From: Patescibacteria group bacterium | GTDB taxonomy: Bacteria; Patescibacteriota; Minisyncoccia; Phycocordibacterales; UBA9973 | Length of the DNA: 64,000 nt | Direction of reading: 5' to 3' | Assembly: GCA_040390725.1 (NCBI GenBank) | Contig: JAZJXT010000006.1 | Span: 367 to 64,366 of the forward strand | Shown here: positions 46,212 to 55,295 of the stretch, piece by piece | How positions within the stretch are numbered: position 1 is the first letter of the stretch | Layout: each line of letters begins with the position of its first letter | Notes under the pieces: model-generated | Seen by the model: the letters and a program-made list of their open reading frames with translations, nothing else | Told to the model about the DNA's origin: nothing | Databases searched by the model: none | Translations under genes and position numbers: made by a program

Positions 46212-46691
46212 TTATTCCTGCACCAAAACAGTCGCTACGTTTTGGTATTTATCACAATCCACAAGAAGAGTTTTGGATTTCAAGTAAACATCAGGCAAAA
46301 CCACTATCTTGAAACTCCATGGCTTTATAGTAAATGTCGTCCCCACCTTTATTGTCCGAGTATTTGGAGACCTGTTATCCATCATAATACCAGTATTATC
46401 TTTATATGTAACGTTAAAAGGATGTGCCTGACATGTCTTATCAAGCTGAATTCTCCTGTCAGCATACTTTACTAAAGCGTTTGCGTATGACAAAGTTATA
46501 GCTGAACTTGTAACAGGACTAGGCTCAAGGTCTTGAACTGATTCCGGCTCAGTCCCTACCGTAGCTGTATTTTCAGCCGGATTTGTTACATCCGGAGCTA
46601 CCGCTTGCTTATTTTTAGACATAAATAATAAAACTAATACAATAACAACAACTACTCCTGCCCAAACCCACATAGATTTATTTTTTTCCAT
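46212..46691 (-). CDS. membrane-anchored exported protein
   Basis: N-terminal TM, low-complexity linker, small beta domain with 2 Cys; start set at ATG 46691. Confidence 0.75.
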   Translation of the reverse strand: MEKNKSMWVWAGVVVVIVLVLLFMSKNKQAVAPDVTNPAENTATVGTEPESVQDLEPSPVTSSAITLSYANALVKYADRRIQLDKTCQAHPFNVTYKDNTGIMMDNRSPNTRTIKVGTTFTIKPWSFKIVVLPDVYLKSKTLLVDCDKYQNVATVLVQE

Positions 46692-46812
46692 AAAATTTTT
46701 TACCACCACAGCCTTACGCTTAGGCAGTTATGTTAATTTTTAATTAATAAAACATTTATAATACTTTAATTATATCATACATAATGCCGTATCAACAAGT
46801 AAAATATTACAG

Positions 46813-46853
46813 CCTCACCCCCTTAATCCCCTCTCCGGAGTACCAGAGAGGGG
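46813..46853. repeat. REP-like family B (CCTCACCCC...CCCCTCTCC-loop-GAGAGGGG)
   Basis: Related copies at 47617-47637, 56336-56387, 57006-57051 and in CDS at 52022-52056, 51900-51932, 10768-10799. Confidence 0.8.
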
Positions 46854-46904
46854 AAACCAAATTCAAACACAAAAAAGCACCCATTTCTGAGTGCTTTTTT
46901 GTTT
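46854..46904. repeat. 51-bp direct repeat copy 1 (terminator duplicate)
   Basis: Matches 47640-47690 with 1 mismatch. Confidence 0.9.
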
Positions 46905-46966
46905 GCTTGTTGAAAAATTTTCCACAGATATATTGCTTTTATTGTTAAAAAGTGTATAGTAATAAT

Positions 46967-47057
46967 GTACTCGTGAACCGTAAGGTTTATTCGGCTAAGG
47001 AATTCCATACGCCGCAAGCGAGTACTACAAAGACGCCGTCGCTATGACGGCTTTTTT
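46967..47057 (+). ncRNA. candidate structured small RNA, copy 2, with terminator
   Basis: Promoter TTGCTT-16-TATAGT; GUACUCG/CGAGUAC, GAACC-GUAA-GGUUU, CGGC-UAA-GG...CC-AUAC-GCCG. Confidence 0.75.
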
Positions 47058-47455
47058 GTTTGCTTTTCTTTCTTTTTCCAAACGCTCAAGAATGTAATAT
47101 TTCCATCACCTATCCTGCGCAAAACAACAGAAACAGTGGCTCCACTTTTTCCGGCGATTTCTTTTAATTCCCAAATCTCAAAATATTTACCGAGCGGTTT
47201 TGAATACTGCTGTTTTTTATAATCAAAAATACTTTTTGCGTTTTTAATTACAGGAATCACCAACGGAAGCAACCCCATTTTAAATTGTTGCTCTTTAATA
47301 TTTCTTTGTTTGCCGTGGCTATCATATCTTAAATGATAAAATCCTTTAGAATTAAAAATAATCTCTTCATTTAAAATAGGGCAATGCACTTTGCCAATGG
47401 TTTTATACCAAGCCCCCTTTTCTTTCAAAAATTCTTGAAACGATTGTTTTTCCAC
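47042..47455 (-). CDS. putative BECR/PBECR-like ribonuclease, paralog B
   Basis: HCP.LNEEIIFNSKGFYHLRY...R.IKEQ..K..LL, GDGNITFLSVW; homologous to 13132-13572. Confidence 0.6.
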   Translation of the reverse strand: MEKQSFQEFLKEKGAWYKTIGKVHCPILNEEIIFNSKGFYHLRYDSHGKQRNIKEQQFKMGLLPLVIPVIKNAKSIFDYKKQQYSKPLGKYFEIWELKEIAGKSGATVSVVLRRIGDGNITFLSVWKKKEKQTKKPS

Positions 47456-47495
47456 AAAATAGATTATAGCATAATAAGAAAAATATTTTATAAAA

Positions 47496-47587
47496 CAAAA
47501 AATCCACCTTTCGGTGGGTTCTTTGTTATGCCTGGCTTCAAGCTTAGGAATACCTTAGCTGAACGGGGCTTACGCCCACAGGCACAC
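47496..47587 (-). ncRNA. candidate structured small RNA, copy 3, with terminator
   Basis: GUGCCUGUGGGCGUAAGCCCC identical to copy 1; CAGC-UAA-GG..CC-UAA-GC; terminator CCACC-GAAA-GGUGG plus U tract. Confidence 0.75.
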
Positions 47588-47639
47588 TTATAATCTAACA
47601 TAAAATTTTTAATTTTGGAGAGGGGTCAGGGGTGAGGAA

Positions 47640-47690
47640 AAACCAAATACAAACACAAAAAAGCACCCATTTCTGAGTGCTTTTTTGTTT
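47640..47690. repeat. 51-bp direct repeat copy 2; terminator of the large surface-protein gene
   Basis: AAAAAAGCAC-CCATTTCTGA-GTGCTTTTTT. Confidence 0.9.
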
Positions 47691-47736
47691 CAATTTATCC
47701 GGAATTGATAACCGCTATAACTTAACAAACTATAGA

Positions 47737-50700
47737 CTAGCTAGTTAGGCCAACAGAATTTGTTGGGTAATTATTCAAGTATAAAGTGTTGTTTGTTGTC
47801 TCATTTCCTGTTGCACCACCTGCTGTGTCAGTCCAGACAAATGTTGCAGCTGCACCAACAGAACTTGAGATAGAGCTCGAGTGAGCACCACCAGAGTTAG
47901 GAACAGCTGAAACTGGGACAAAGATCTTGAAGGTAATAGTTGTTCCGTGTGCAATAAGGTAACCACCGTTATTAAAGGTGATTGTACTATTACCACTAGA
48001 GAACGAACCAGCTGTTGTTTCAAGAACAGCACCTGAAGCATCTTTTACAAAAATACTTGTTGTAGAAGAAGAAACTCCAGTTCCAGATGTAGAATCTGCA
48101 CCATCAGCAAGAGTTGCGTCAGTTGTAGATACATGAATATCTAAGCTCTGTAGAGTGATGTCTCCTGCTTGATCAGCGCTAACTGTAACGTTCATAGCGT
48201 TTTCGTTACCAACAGCTAGGACACCACCAGCAGCAACTACTGCGACAACTGGCTTTGAACCAACAACTCTCATAGTAGGAGTTGAGACAGTGATAGTACC
48301 AGTGTCTGAACTCGCTCCTCCGATAGTGTAGTAAACCTTTGTCATAGTAAGTTGTGAAGTGCCGTTATCAGAAGTGTATGCACCGATACCAGCAGCACCG
48401 ACAGATCCATAAGAAATCATTACAGGGAATGTAGCACCAGAAGAACCATTTGGAACAGCAAGGTTAAGACCTGTGATGTCAAATGTGTTGCCAGTAGTGT
48501 TAACATTACCAGTTTGTCCTCCTACAGTGATAGCAGTGATAGGATCAGTTGCGCCACTTGTAGAGAATGTGATTTCAGTAATATTTGCATTTCCGTTTGA
48601 AGATACAAATTTGAATGAACCTGTAGTTGCATTACTTACTCCTGTAGCTCCCGCTGCAACATACTGAGAAGTAGTTGAACTTGAAGTAACCAATGTAGGT
48701 GTAGCGACAGTACCAGTAGCCATTGTTATTGTTTGACCAGTAACATCTGTAAGACTAGTATTGCCATTTGCAAAGATAGAAACATTTGAACTTGAACCGA
48801 TACCTTGTGGAGCAAGCTTAGTAAGTATTGTACCGTAGTTTGCACCTCCAAGATCAGCCATCAAATCAATTGTCTTTGTTGCACCTGGTGCAAGAGTAAA
48901 GTCAACTGAGAAAGTATCAGTACCAGTTGGAGCAATTGGATTTGAACCAGAACCTGAAGTTTCTGAAGTTCTCAATCCGTTTACATAAGTGATAGCTGTA
49001 GCTGTCTTACCAGCGACAGTGATAGCAGCACCTAATGCACAACCTCCAGTACCTGCTGTAGAAACAGTTGTAGTAAGTTGTGTTGAACTTGCAACTGCAG
49101 TTACTGTACCAACTAGGTCTACTGTAGGACAATCAACAGTGATCACATCACCAGCATTGAAGCTAGCAGAAGATGATACGTTGATAGCGTGACCAGCACC
49201 TGCTGTAAAGTCACTACCAGCAGCAACCAATGTAGGAGTAGCAAATGTTGTTGTAACTCTCAAGCTAGTAACACGAACAGATTCAGATGTACTCTGGTTC
49301 TGCATAGTGTAAGAGCCAAGTTTTACGTTTGCAGTATTTGCATTCATAACTTGATTACCATAGCTAGCGTTCTTTCCAACGTTAAGAGTACCAGTTTGAA
49401 TGTTCAAAGTGTTACCTGTAACGCTTGGGATAGCCAAGCCATTGTGTGAGTTCATACCTTCAGCACCAGTAGAACTTCCTACTAGGCTAGCGTGAAGAGT
49501 ACCAGCTGTGTAGTTGATACTTGTGCTGTTTCGGATATCTGCACGGATTTCCAAATAACTATCAACACCTGCAGGCACAATCATTTGTGAGCCTGGTGTC
49601 ATATCTATTTGAGTACCGGAAGTACCAGTTGCAGTTTGAGTACCAATTTGTGAACCATTAAAGTAAGCAGTAACGTTCTGAAGAGTTGTTGTACTTCCAG
49701 AAGAAACTGTTCCACTAATAGTTGGTGTGAAAGAAAGCGTGTTTACCTTCATATCTTCACCGTAAGCATGCAATTTGAACTTAGCGATAGCTACGTTTGT
49801 AGCACCACCAGTCACTTTAGTCATAGCTTGGAAAGTAGGGTCAATAACAGCTGTCATTGAACCTGCGTTTATAGTGATTGAAGAGTAAGTTGCGTTTGTT
49901 ACACCTCCGAATACAACGTTGATTCCGACTTGAGAGTCGTAAACCATCATATCAGAAGCTAATTGAACTGAAAGTTGAATAGTTCTTGCAGAACCTTTTA
50001 CGACATCTGCGCGAACATCCAAAGTGTGGTTACCAGTAGTAAGTTCAACTGGCATTGCAGACAAGTCAAAGGTTACATAATTTGAACCATTAACTGTTGT
50101 CATTGTACCTGTAGAACCTAGAGCAAGTCCGTCTTTGTATAGTTTTACATTCGCTAGAGCGTCAGTAGGAGCAGAACCGATAACTCGGAAGTTTGCAGCC
50201 TTGAGCCATAGAGAGTGTGTACCTACAACATTGATAGGAGCTGACCATACTGTGTAAGCAGTAGTACCAGGGTTAACTGTAGGGTTAACAGGTAGAGTAT
50301 TTGTAGTGAAGCTTACTGAAGCAGCATTTGATCCAGTAGCGACATACATAGTATTACCAACCAAGTTAACATTTGTAGCTGCACCGCCAGTAACTGTGAA
50401 AGAAGTCATATTTACGCCAAGACTGTAAGCAGTGTTACCGACATTAAGCACGTCAGCTCTTACGGAAATAGTTCTTGAACCACTAACCATAAGATTAAGA
50501 CTACTCATAGTAAGATCACCGTTATTGTTGAAAGAGTAACCATCTGTCAAACGTGTTACACCATCGTATAGGTAAACGTTTGTAAGAGTACTCTGATCAG
50601 AAATACCAGTTCTCTTTAACATAACAGAGTTAACTGTTCCAGTTCCTGTGAATGTAACGTGTAACAAGTCAGCAGTAGCTTGACCGGCAACGATTGTGCC

Positions 50701-51273
50701 AGCAGCTGGGTTGTCTGTTGCAAGCATTACAGTAACAGGACCAGTTTGAGAAGCAGTAGAACTTGCTGCGTAGCAAGCTCCGCCAGTTACAGGACTAAAT
50801 CCTGCAGCTGAAGTACAACCAGGTGGAAGGAATGTGTTTGCCATTACGCTAGCACATGACATGCCAGTTGTTGAACTGTATCCAGAAGCTGAAGTACAGC
50901 CTGCTGGGAAGTTACCTGATACTGAACCGTGAGCGACTAATGAAGCTCGTGACATTGGTCCGAATACTCCGTCAGCTGTAAGGCCGGCAGAAGCTTGGAA
51001 CATTTTCACTGCAGCCTTAGTTGCGTTTCCGAAGTATGTTGTTTCCATACCTGCAGAACCAGCACTAACACCGTCAACGTGGAAACCCTTTTCATTAAGC
51101 ATCTGTTGAAGACACATAACTTGAGAATTTCTCATTCCATATTTCAAAGTCATAGTGAAGCCAGTACAATTTGCTGCGTTGACTTCTGTTGCATTTACAG
51201 CAACAACACCAACGAACATAACTGCCGCCATCACAACTCCTGAAAGGAATTTTGATTTAAATAAATTACTCAT
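47737..51273 (-). CDS. major cell-surface/S-layer-like protein with N-terminal peptidoglycan-binding domain
   Basis: 1178 aa T/S/G-rich; signal peptide; YFG.ATKAAV..FQ...DG.FGP; PAGCTS..G.S.TTG..C repeats; strongly biased NNT/NNA codons. Confidence 0.85.
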   Translation of the reverse strand: MSNLFKSKFLSGVVMAAVMFVGVVAVNATEVNAANCTGFTMTLKYGMRNSQVMCLQQMLNEKGFHVDGVSAGSAGMETTYFGNATKAAVKMFQASAGLTADGVFGPMSRASLVAHGSVSGNFPAGCTSASGYSSTTGMSCASVMANTFLPPGCTSAAGFSPVTGGACYAASSTASQTGPVTVMLATDNPAAGTIVAGQATADLLHVTFTGTGTVNSVMLKRTGISDQSTLTNVYLYDGVTRLTDGYSFNNNGDLTMSSLNLMVSGSRTISVRADVLNVGNTAYSLGVNMTSFTVTGGAATNVNLVGNTMYVATGSNAASVSFTTNTLPVNPTVNPGTTAYTVWSAPINVVGTHSLWLKAANFRVIGSAPTDALANVKLYKDGLALGSTGTMTTVNGSNYVTFDLSAMPVELTTGNHTLDVRADVVKGSARTIQLSVQLASDMMVYDSQVGINVVFGGVTNATYSSITINAGSMTAVIDPTFQAMTKVTGGATNVAIAKFKLHAYGEDMKVNTLSFTPTISGTVSSGSTTTLQNVTAYFNGSQIGTQTATGTSGTQIDMTPGSQMIVPAGVDSYLEIRADIRNSTSINYTAGTLHASLVGSSTGAEGMNSHNGLAIPSVTGNTLNIQTGTLNVGKNASYGNQVMNANTANVKLGSYTMQNQSTSESVRVTSLRVTTTFATPTLVAAGSDFTAGAGHAINVSSSASFNAGDVITVDCPTVDLVGTVTAVASSTQLTTTVSTAGTGGCALGAAITVAGKTATAITYVNGLRTSETSGSGSNPIAPTGTDTFSVDFTLAPGATKTIDLMADLGGANYGTILTKLAPQGIGSSSNVSIFANGNTSLTDVTGQTITMATGTVATPTLVTSSSTTSQYVAAGATGVSNATTGSFKFVSSNGNANITEITFSTSGATDPITAITVGGQTGNVNTTGNTFDITGLNLAVPNGSSGATFPVMISYGSVGAAGIGAYTSDNGTSQLTMTKVYYTIGGASSDTGTITVSTPTMRVVGSKPVVAVVAAGGVLAVGNENAMNVTVSADQAGDITLQSLDIHVSTTDATLADGADSTSGTGVSSSTTSIFVKDASGAVLETTAGSFSSGNSTITFNNGGYLIAHGTTITFKIFVPVSAVPNSGGAHSSSISSSVGAAATFVWTDTAGGATGNETTNNTLYLNNYPTNSVGLTS

Positions 51274-51687
51274 AATATTAATTTTTAATTCCGCTTAAGA
51301 ATTTTATAAAATGTTTAACTTTTATATAAATTCAAAATCGGGATTGTGTGGTTGTAATTTAGTTTCGACTTGTCATAATTTTTTTATTAAAAAATGACAA
51401 AACTAAAACCACACTGTTAATCTAATATCTCGCTTTTTAACGCGAGACAATTTAGACACAAACTTGATAACCATCAAAAACAGAAAACAATTTTCGTATT
51501 CTATTTTCAATGATCTTGTATCGTGTGCGCAAACTTTTTCCATAACAGAAAAAGCTTTGCCCAAGACACATAACTATTATAGTACTTGCACTATAAATAG
51601 AGCAAGTAAAATTGTGGATAAACCCCTTAATAAATAAAGAGTTCGCCACGTTTTTGATATTAGCAAATTTAGAACCTTTAAGCAAAT

Positions 51688-52506
51688 TTAGATATTATAT
51701 TTTGACCACCTCTTCTCCCCTGTTTTTTTTAACAAATTGTCCTTTACCATAGAGATGAGTTCGCGCTGTAAAGTTTTCTCTCCGCATGTCCTTAAGACAC
51801 CTTGGGCGTTATCTTTGATGTCCTTTATTGTCGCTCCACCTTTGTCCTTTATAATTTTTATTATCTCTTCATGGCGTTGTTTTTTTAGATTATTGAAAGC
51901 CTCTCCCCCCGCCCTCTCCAAAGTAGAGGGAGCTTTAATTTTGTCCGATATCGCTTTCATTAAAGTGTGTCCTTTTTGAAGACCAAAATTTATAGATTGA
52001 TGTCCGTTAGAAACTTCTTTCACCCTCTCCTTGATAAGGAGAGGGTTGGGGTGAGGTGAATTTTGAAATTTATTTTCTACTTCTTCTTCCCCAAAAAAAT
52101 CCTCCAATAAAACAGAATTTCTTTGCGTATCCAACACCTCTGAATTTAAAAATTCTTTCATTTTTAAAAACTCTCTTTTTAAAATAGTAGAATTCATTTC
52201 TGAAATTAAATTCACGGTCAAAGCTATGTCCAATAAAGATATTATGGCAGAAATTTTTTGATCTAAATGTGTATGTAAGGAATCTGTGTCCGATATAATT
52301 TCCGTACCTAATGTCCTTAATTTATTACGTAATGGCTCTTCTTTGTCCATTATGTCCGTTACCATATAAAGAGCTATTATAAGCTTATTTGTTTTTGTGT
52401 AGGACATCAACATTCCTCCTGTATTCCCATGTCTCCTGAGCACTGAAAGAGCTGATGTCGCATAGCTGTCTTTGAGATTTTTATTTTCATCTAACATGTT
52501 GTCCAT
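51688..52506 (-). CDS. conserved hypothetical protein with C-terminal winged-HTH
   Basis: ALYMVTD....EPLR..LR N-terminus; IKDI...EKTLQREL..MV....LKK.GEKRWS.Y C-terminus. Confidence 0.75.
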   Translation of the reverse strand: MDNMLDENKNLKDSYATSALSVLRRHGNTGGMLMSYTKTNKLIIALYMVTDIMDKEEPLRNKLRTLGTEIISDTDSLHTHLDQKISAIISLLDIALTVNLISEMNSTILKREFLKMKEFLNSEVLDTQRNSVLLEDFFGEEEVENKFQNSPHPNPLLIKERVKEVSNGHQSINFGLQKGHTLMKAISDKIKAPSTLERAGGEAFNNLKKQRHEEIIKIIKDKGGATIKDIKDNAQGVLRTCGEKTLQRELISMVKDNLLKKTGEKRWSKYNI

Positions 52507-52537
52507 TATATATAAAAGACATAGAAATGCAAATCTT

Positions 52538-52650
52538 ATTCCCCTCTTGAGGGGTGGACTTTGTACTCAAAGGACGGGGTGGAGGTTTTCGGGTTAATAA
52601 ATTCTCCACCTCCCCCCGACAGTAGTCGGGGTACTCCTCAAGAGGAGAAT
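52538..52650. repeat. REP/REPIN-like family A, copy 3
   Basis: Same ends as 40902 and 43618; longer interior. Confidence 0.9.
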
Positions 52651-52680
52651 TAAAAAAAATATGTTAAAATACATTTACTT

Positions 52681-54960
52681 ATGGCAAAAAATTCAAACAG
52701 TAAAAATAATAAAAACAGCAAGGAAAAAATTAAAGATAAAAATGAAAAACCTGCACGCGGGAACAAAGAATCTTCCGGAAAAAATAATCAGCAAAAGAAA
52801 TTAAAAACAGAAACAAAACACAGCATCATAGCAATAATATTTTTTGTTCTAGCGGTATTTCTTTTCATGGCGGCATTTGATTGGGCGGGCATGGCAGGAA
52901 AATTTGTTCATGATGTTTTGCATTATCTTTTGGGTTGGGGTTATGGGCTTTTGCCTGCTCTATTTGTATTGTTAGGAATTTCTTTTCTAAAATCAGAATA
53001 CGAAAATGTCGGATGGTTGCGAGCAGGCAGTGGACTTTTATTTTTAATGTCCGGACTAGGCATCATAGACATAGCTTCCGCAAATCATTCAGGCGGACTT
53101 TTTGGAGAAATTTCCGCCGCTCCTTTAGTTTACTTTTTTGATCCATCTGCAAGTATTGTTTTCCTCGGAGCAATTTTAATAATTTCCATTTTAATAATGT
53201 TTGATGCTGAGCTCGCAGTCATGCCATTCTTTGAAAGAGTTTGGGTAGCGATTAAAAGAATTTTTGTAAAAAATAATACAGAAGAAAGTGAAGAGGAGGA
53301 AGAATCTACCTCACCTGAACCACAAGAAGAGGAAGAAGAAGTGCCTGAAGAAAAAGAAACGACCGGAGAAAAAATTAAAAAAGTATTAGGTGTCGGCAAA
53401 AAAGAAAAAACAAAAGAAGAAAAAGTAGAGGAAGAAGAAATGCCGGTCAGAAAAACAAGAAGCTTGTTATCAACCTATGTCCCTCCCCCACTCACACTCC
53501 TCGAAGAAGACAAAGGTAAACCAAACACTGGCGACATCAAAGCAAATGGAAATATTATCAAACGCACACTAGCGAACTTCGGCATCGAAGTCGAAATGGA
53601 TGAGATAACTGTCGGCCCTAGTATCACACGTTATGCTTTGAAGCCAGCCGAGGGAGTAAAACTTTCAAAAATAGTAGCCCTCCAAAGTGACCTTGCTCTC
53701 GCATTAGCTGCTCACCCCTTGCGTATCGAAGCCCCCATCCCAGGCAAGTCACTCGTCGGTATTGAAATCCCTAACAAAGTAAAATCCACCGTCGGACTAG
53801 CTACACTTCTTTCAGATGATAAATTTAAAAATTCACCAAACCCTCTCGATGTGGCCCTCGGTCGTGGAATTTCCGGAAAAGCAGTATTCGACAACTTGGC
53901 AAAAATGCCTCATGCGCTCATCGCTGGTACAACAGGATCCGGAAAATCCGTCACCATTCACTCAGTCATTACTTCCCTTTTATATAGAAACGGCCCAGAT
54001 GATTTGAAGTTAATAATGGTTGACCCAAAGCGTGTAGAATTAACTTTATACAATAAAATTCCCCACCTACTCACTCCTGTCATCACTGAAGCAAAAAAAT
54101 GTATCTTGGCTTTGAAATGGGCAGCAAAAGAAATGGATAGGCGTTATGATATCCTCCAAGAAGAATCCGTACGTGATATCAATTCTTACCATGAAACTAT
54201 TTATCCTAGATTATTAAAGACTTACGAAAAAGCCACAGAAAAAGGCGACGAGACGGCAAAACAACCAGAACGCATGCCATATATTGTCATTATTATAGAT
54301 GAGCTCGCAGACATCATGATCGCCTACCCTCGAGAACTAGAGTCTGCAATAGTCCGCCTCGCTCAAATGTCTCGAGCTGTCGGCATACATATTATATTGT
54401 CCACTCAACGCCCGGAAGTAAATGTCATCACCGGATTGATCAAAGCAAACATCCCTGCGCGTATTGCCCTCAAAGTTTCTTCCGGTATAGATTCACGCAC
54501 AATATTAGATGCCACCGGTGCAGAAAAACTTTTAGGTGCCGGAGATATGCTTTACTCTTCCGGTAAAGCTCAGCCAGAACGTCTACAATCAGCATTTATA
54601 ACCGAAGCTGAAGTAAAAAGCGTCGTAAAATATCTCGCAGATGCTTACAAAGATGAAGTCATGGAAGACATTGCTATGACGACAGGCAATATTTCCGCTG
54701 ACAAAAGTATTTTTGAAAGCACTCTAGATGATGCGGGTGACGATGACGAAATGTACGAAGAAGCTCGTGCTTGTGTTATAGAGGCCGGTAAAGCATCCAC
54801 TTCGTATTTGCAAAGAAAATTAAAATTGGGTTATGCCAGAGCAGCACGACTCATGGATATGCTAGAAGAACGCGGAGTCATCAGTGCTGGCGACGGTGCA
54901 AAACCTAGAGAGGTTTTAGAAAAGATTGAACATACAGAATCCGGTGAAAACGTCATATAA
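52681..54960 (+). CDS. ftsK: DNA translocase FtsK
   Basis: N-terminal TM domain, PHALIAGTTGSGKS, IDELAD, gamma domain LQRKL.LGY.RAAR. Confidence 0.97.
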   Translation: MAKNSNSKNNKNSKEKIKDKNEKPARGNKESSGKNNQQKKLKTETKHSIIAIIFFVLAVFLFMAAFDWAGMAGKFVHDVLHYLLGWGYGLLPALFVLLGISFLKSEYENVGWLRAGSGLLFLMSGLGIIDIASANHSGGLFGEISAAPLVYFFDPSASIVFLGAILIISILIMFDAELAVMPFFERVWVAIKRIFVKNNTEESEEEEESTSPEPQEEEEEVPEEKETTGEKIKKVLGVGKKEKTKEEKVEEEEMPVRKTRSLLSTYVPPPLTLLEEDKGKPNTGDIKANGNIIKRTLANFGIEVEMDEITVGPSITRYALKPAEGVKLSKIVALQSDLALALAAHPLRIEAPIPGKSLVGIEIPNKVKSTVGLATLLSDDKFKNSPNPLDVALGRGISGKAVFDNLAKMPHALIAGTTGSGKSVTIHSVITSLLYRNGPDDLKLIMVDPKRVELTLYNKIPHLLTPVITEAKKCILALKWAAKEMDRRYDILQEESVRDINSYHETIYPRLLKTYEKATEKGDETAKQPERMPYIVIIIDELADIMIAYPRELESAIVRLAQMSRAVGIHIILSTQRPEVNVITGLIKANIPARIALKVSSGIDSRTILDATGAEKLLGAGDMLYSSGKAQPERLQSAFITEAEVKSVVKYLADAYKDEVMEDIAMTTGNISADKSIFESTLDDAGDDDEMYEEARACVIEAGKASTSYLQRKLKLGYARAARLMDMLEERGVISAGDGAKPREVLEKIEHTESGENVI

Positions 54961-55288
54961 AAAAATAATAACGGTGGGCGGGTTTTCACTTTTCTTTGTA
55001 TTGATTATTTTTTATGCATTTTTTACATCAGAAAATTTAATCTTTGGTGTTAAGATAAAAAATGTAAATATAGTAGATGGTGCAAAAGTGGAAAATAACA
55101 TTTTAGAAGTCAAAGGAACAGCGAAAAATGCAGTAGAATTGAGCTTAAATGGACGAGATATTTCCGTAGACCAAGGTGGCAATTTTAACGAGACAATTAT
55201 ATTGCTTTCGGGGTATAATATCATAGACATAAAAGCAAAGGATAAATTTGGAAATGTTGATGAGAAAAATTATAAATTAATTTATTAA
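54926..55288 (+). CDS. membrane-anchored Ig-like domain protein
   Basis: TM helix then V.G...NG.....G.F...I.L..G.N.I.I.A.D..GN; exact start uncertain. Confidence 0.7.
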   Translation: MNIQNPVKTSYKKIITVGGFSLFFVLIIFYAFFTSENLIFGVKIKNVNIVDGAKVENNILEVKGTAKNAVELSLNGRDISVDQGGNFNETIILLSGYNIIDIKAKDKFGNVDEKNYKLIY

Positions 55289-55295
55289 AAAATAT

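Noticed and set aside
12981-51621. DnaA boxes (TTATNCACA at 12981, 14087, 35253, 35991, 45818, 51613) as oriC
   Set aside because: They are single, scattered boxes with no cluster, no obvious unwinding element and no dnaA/dnaN nearby
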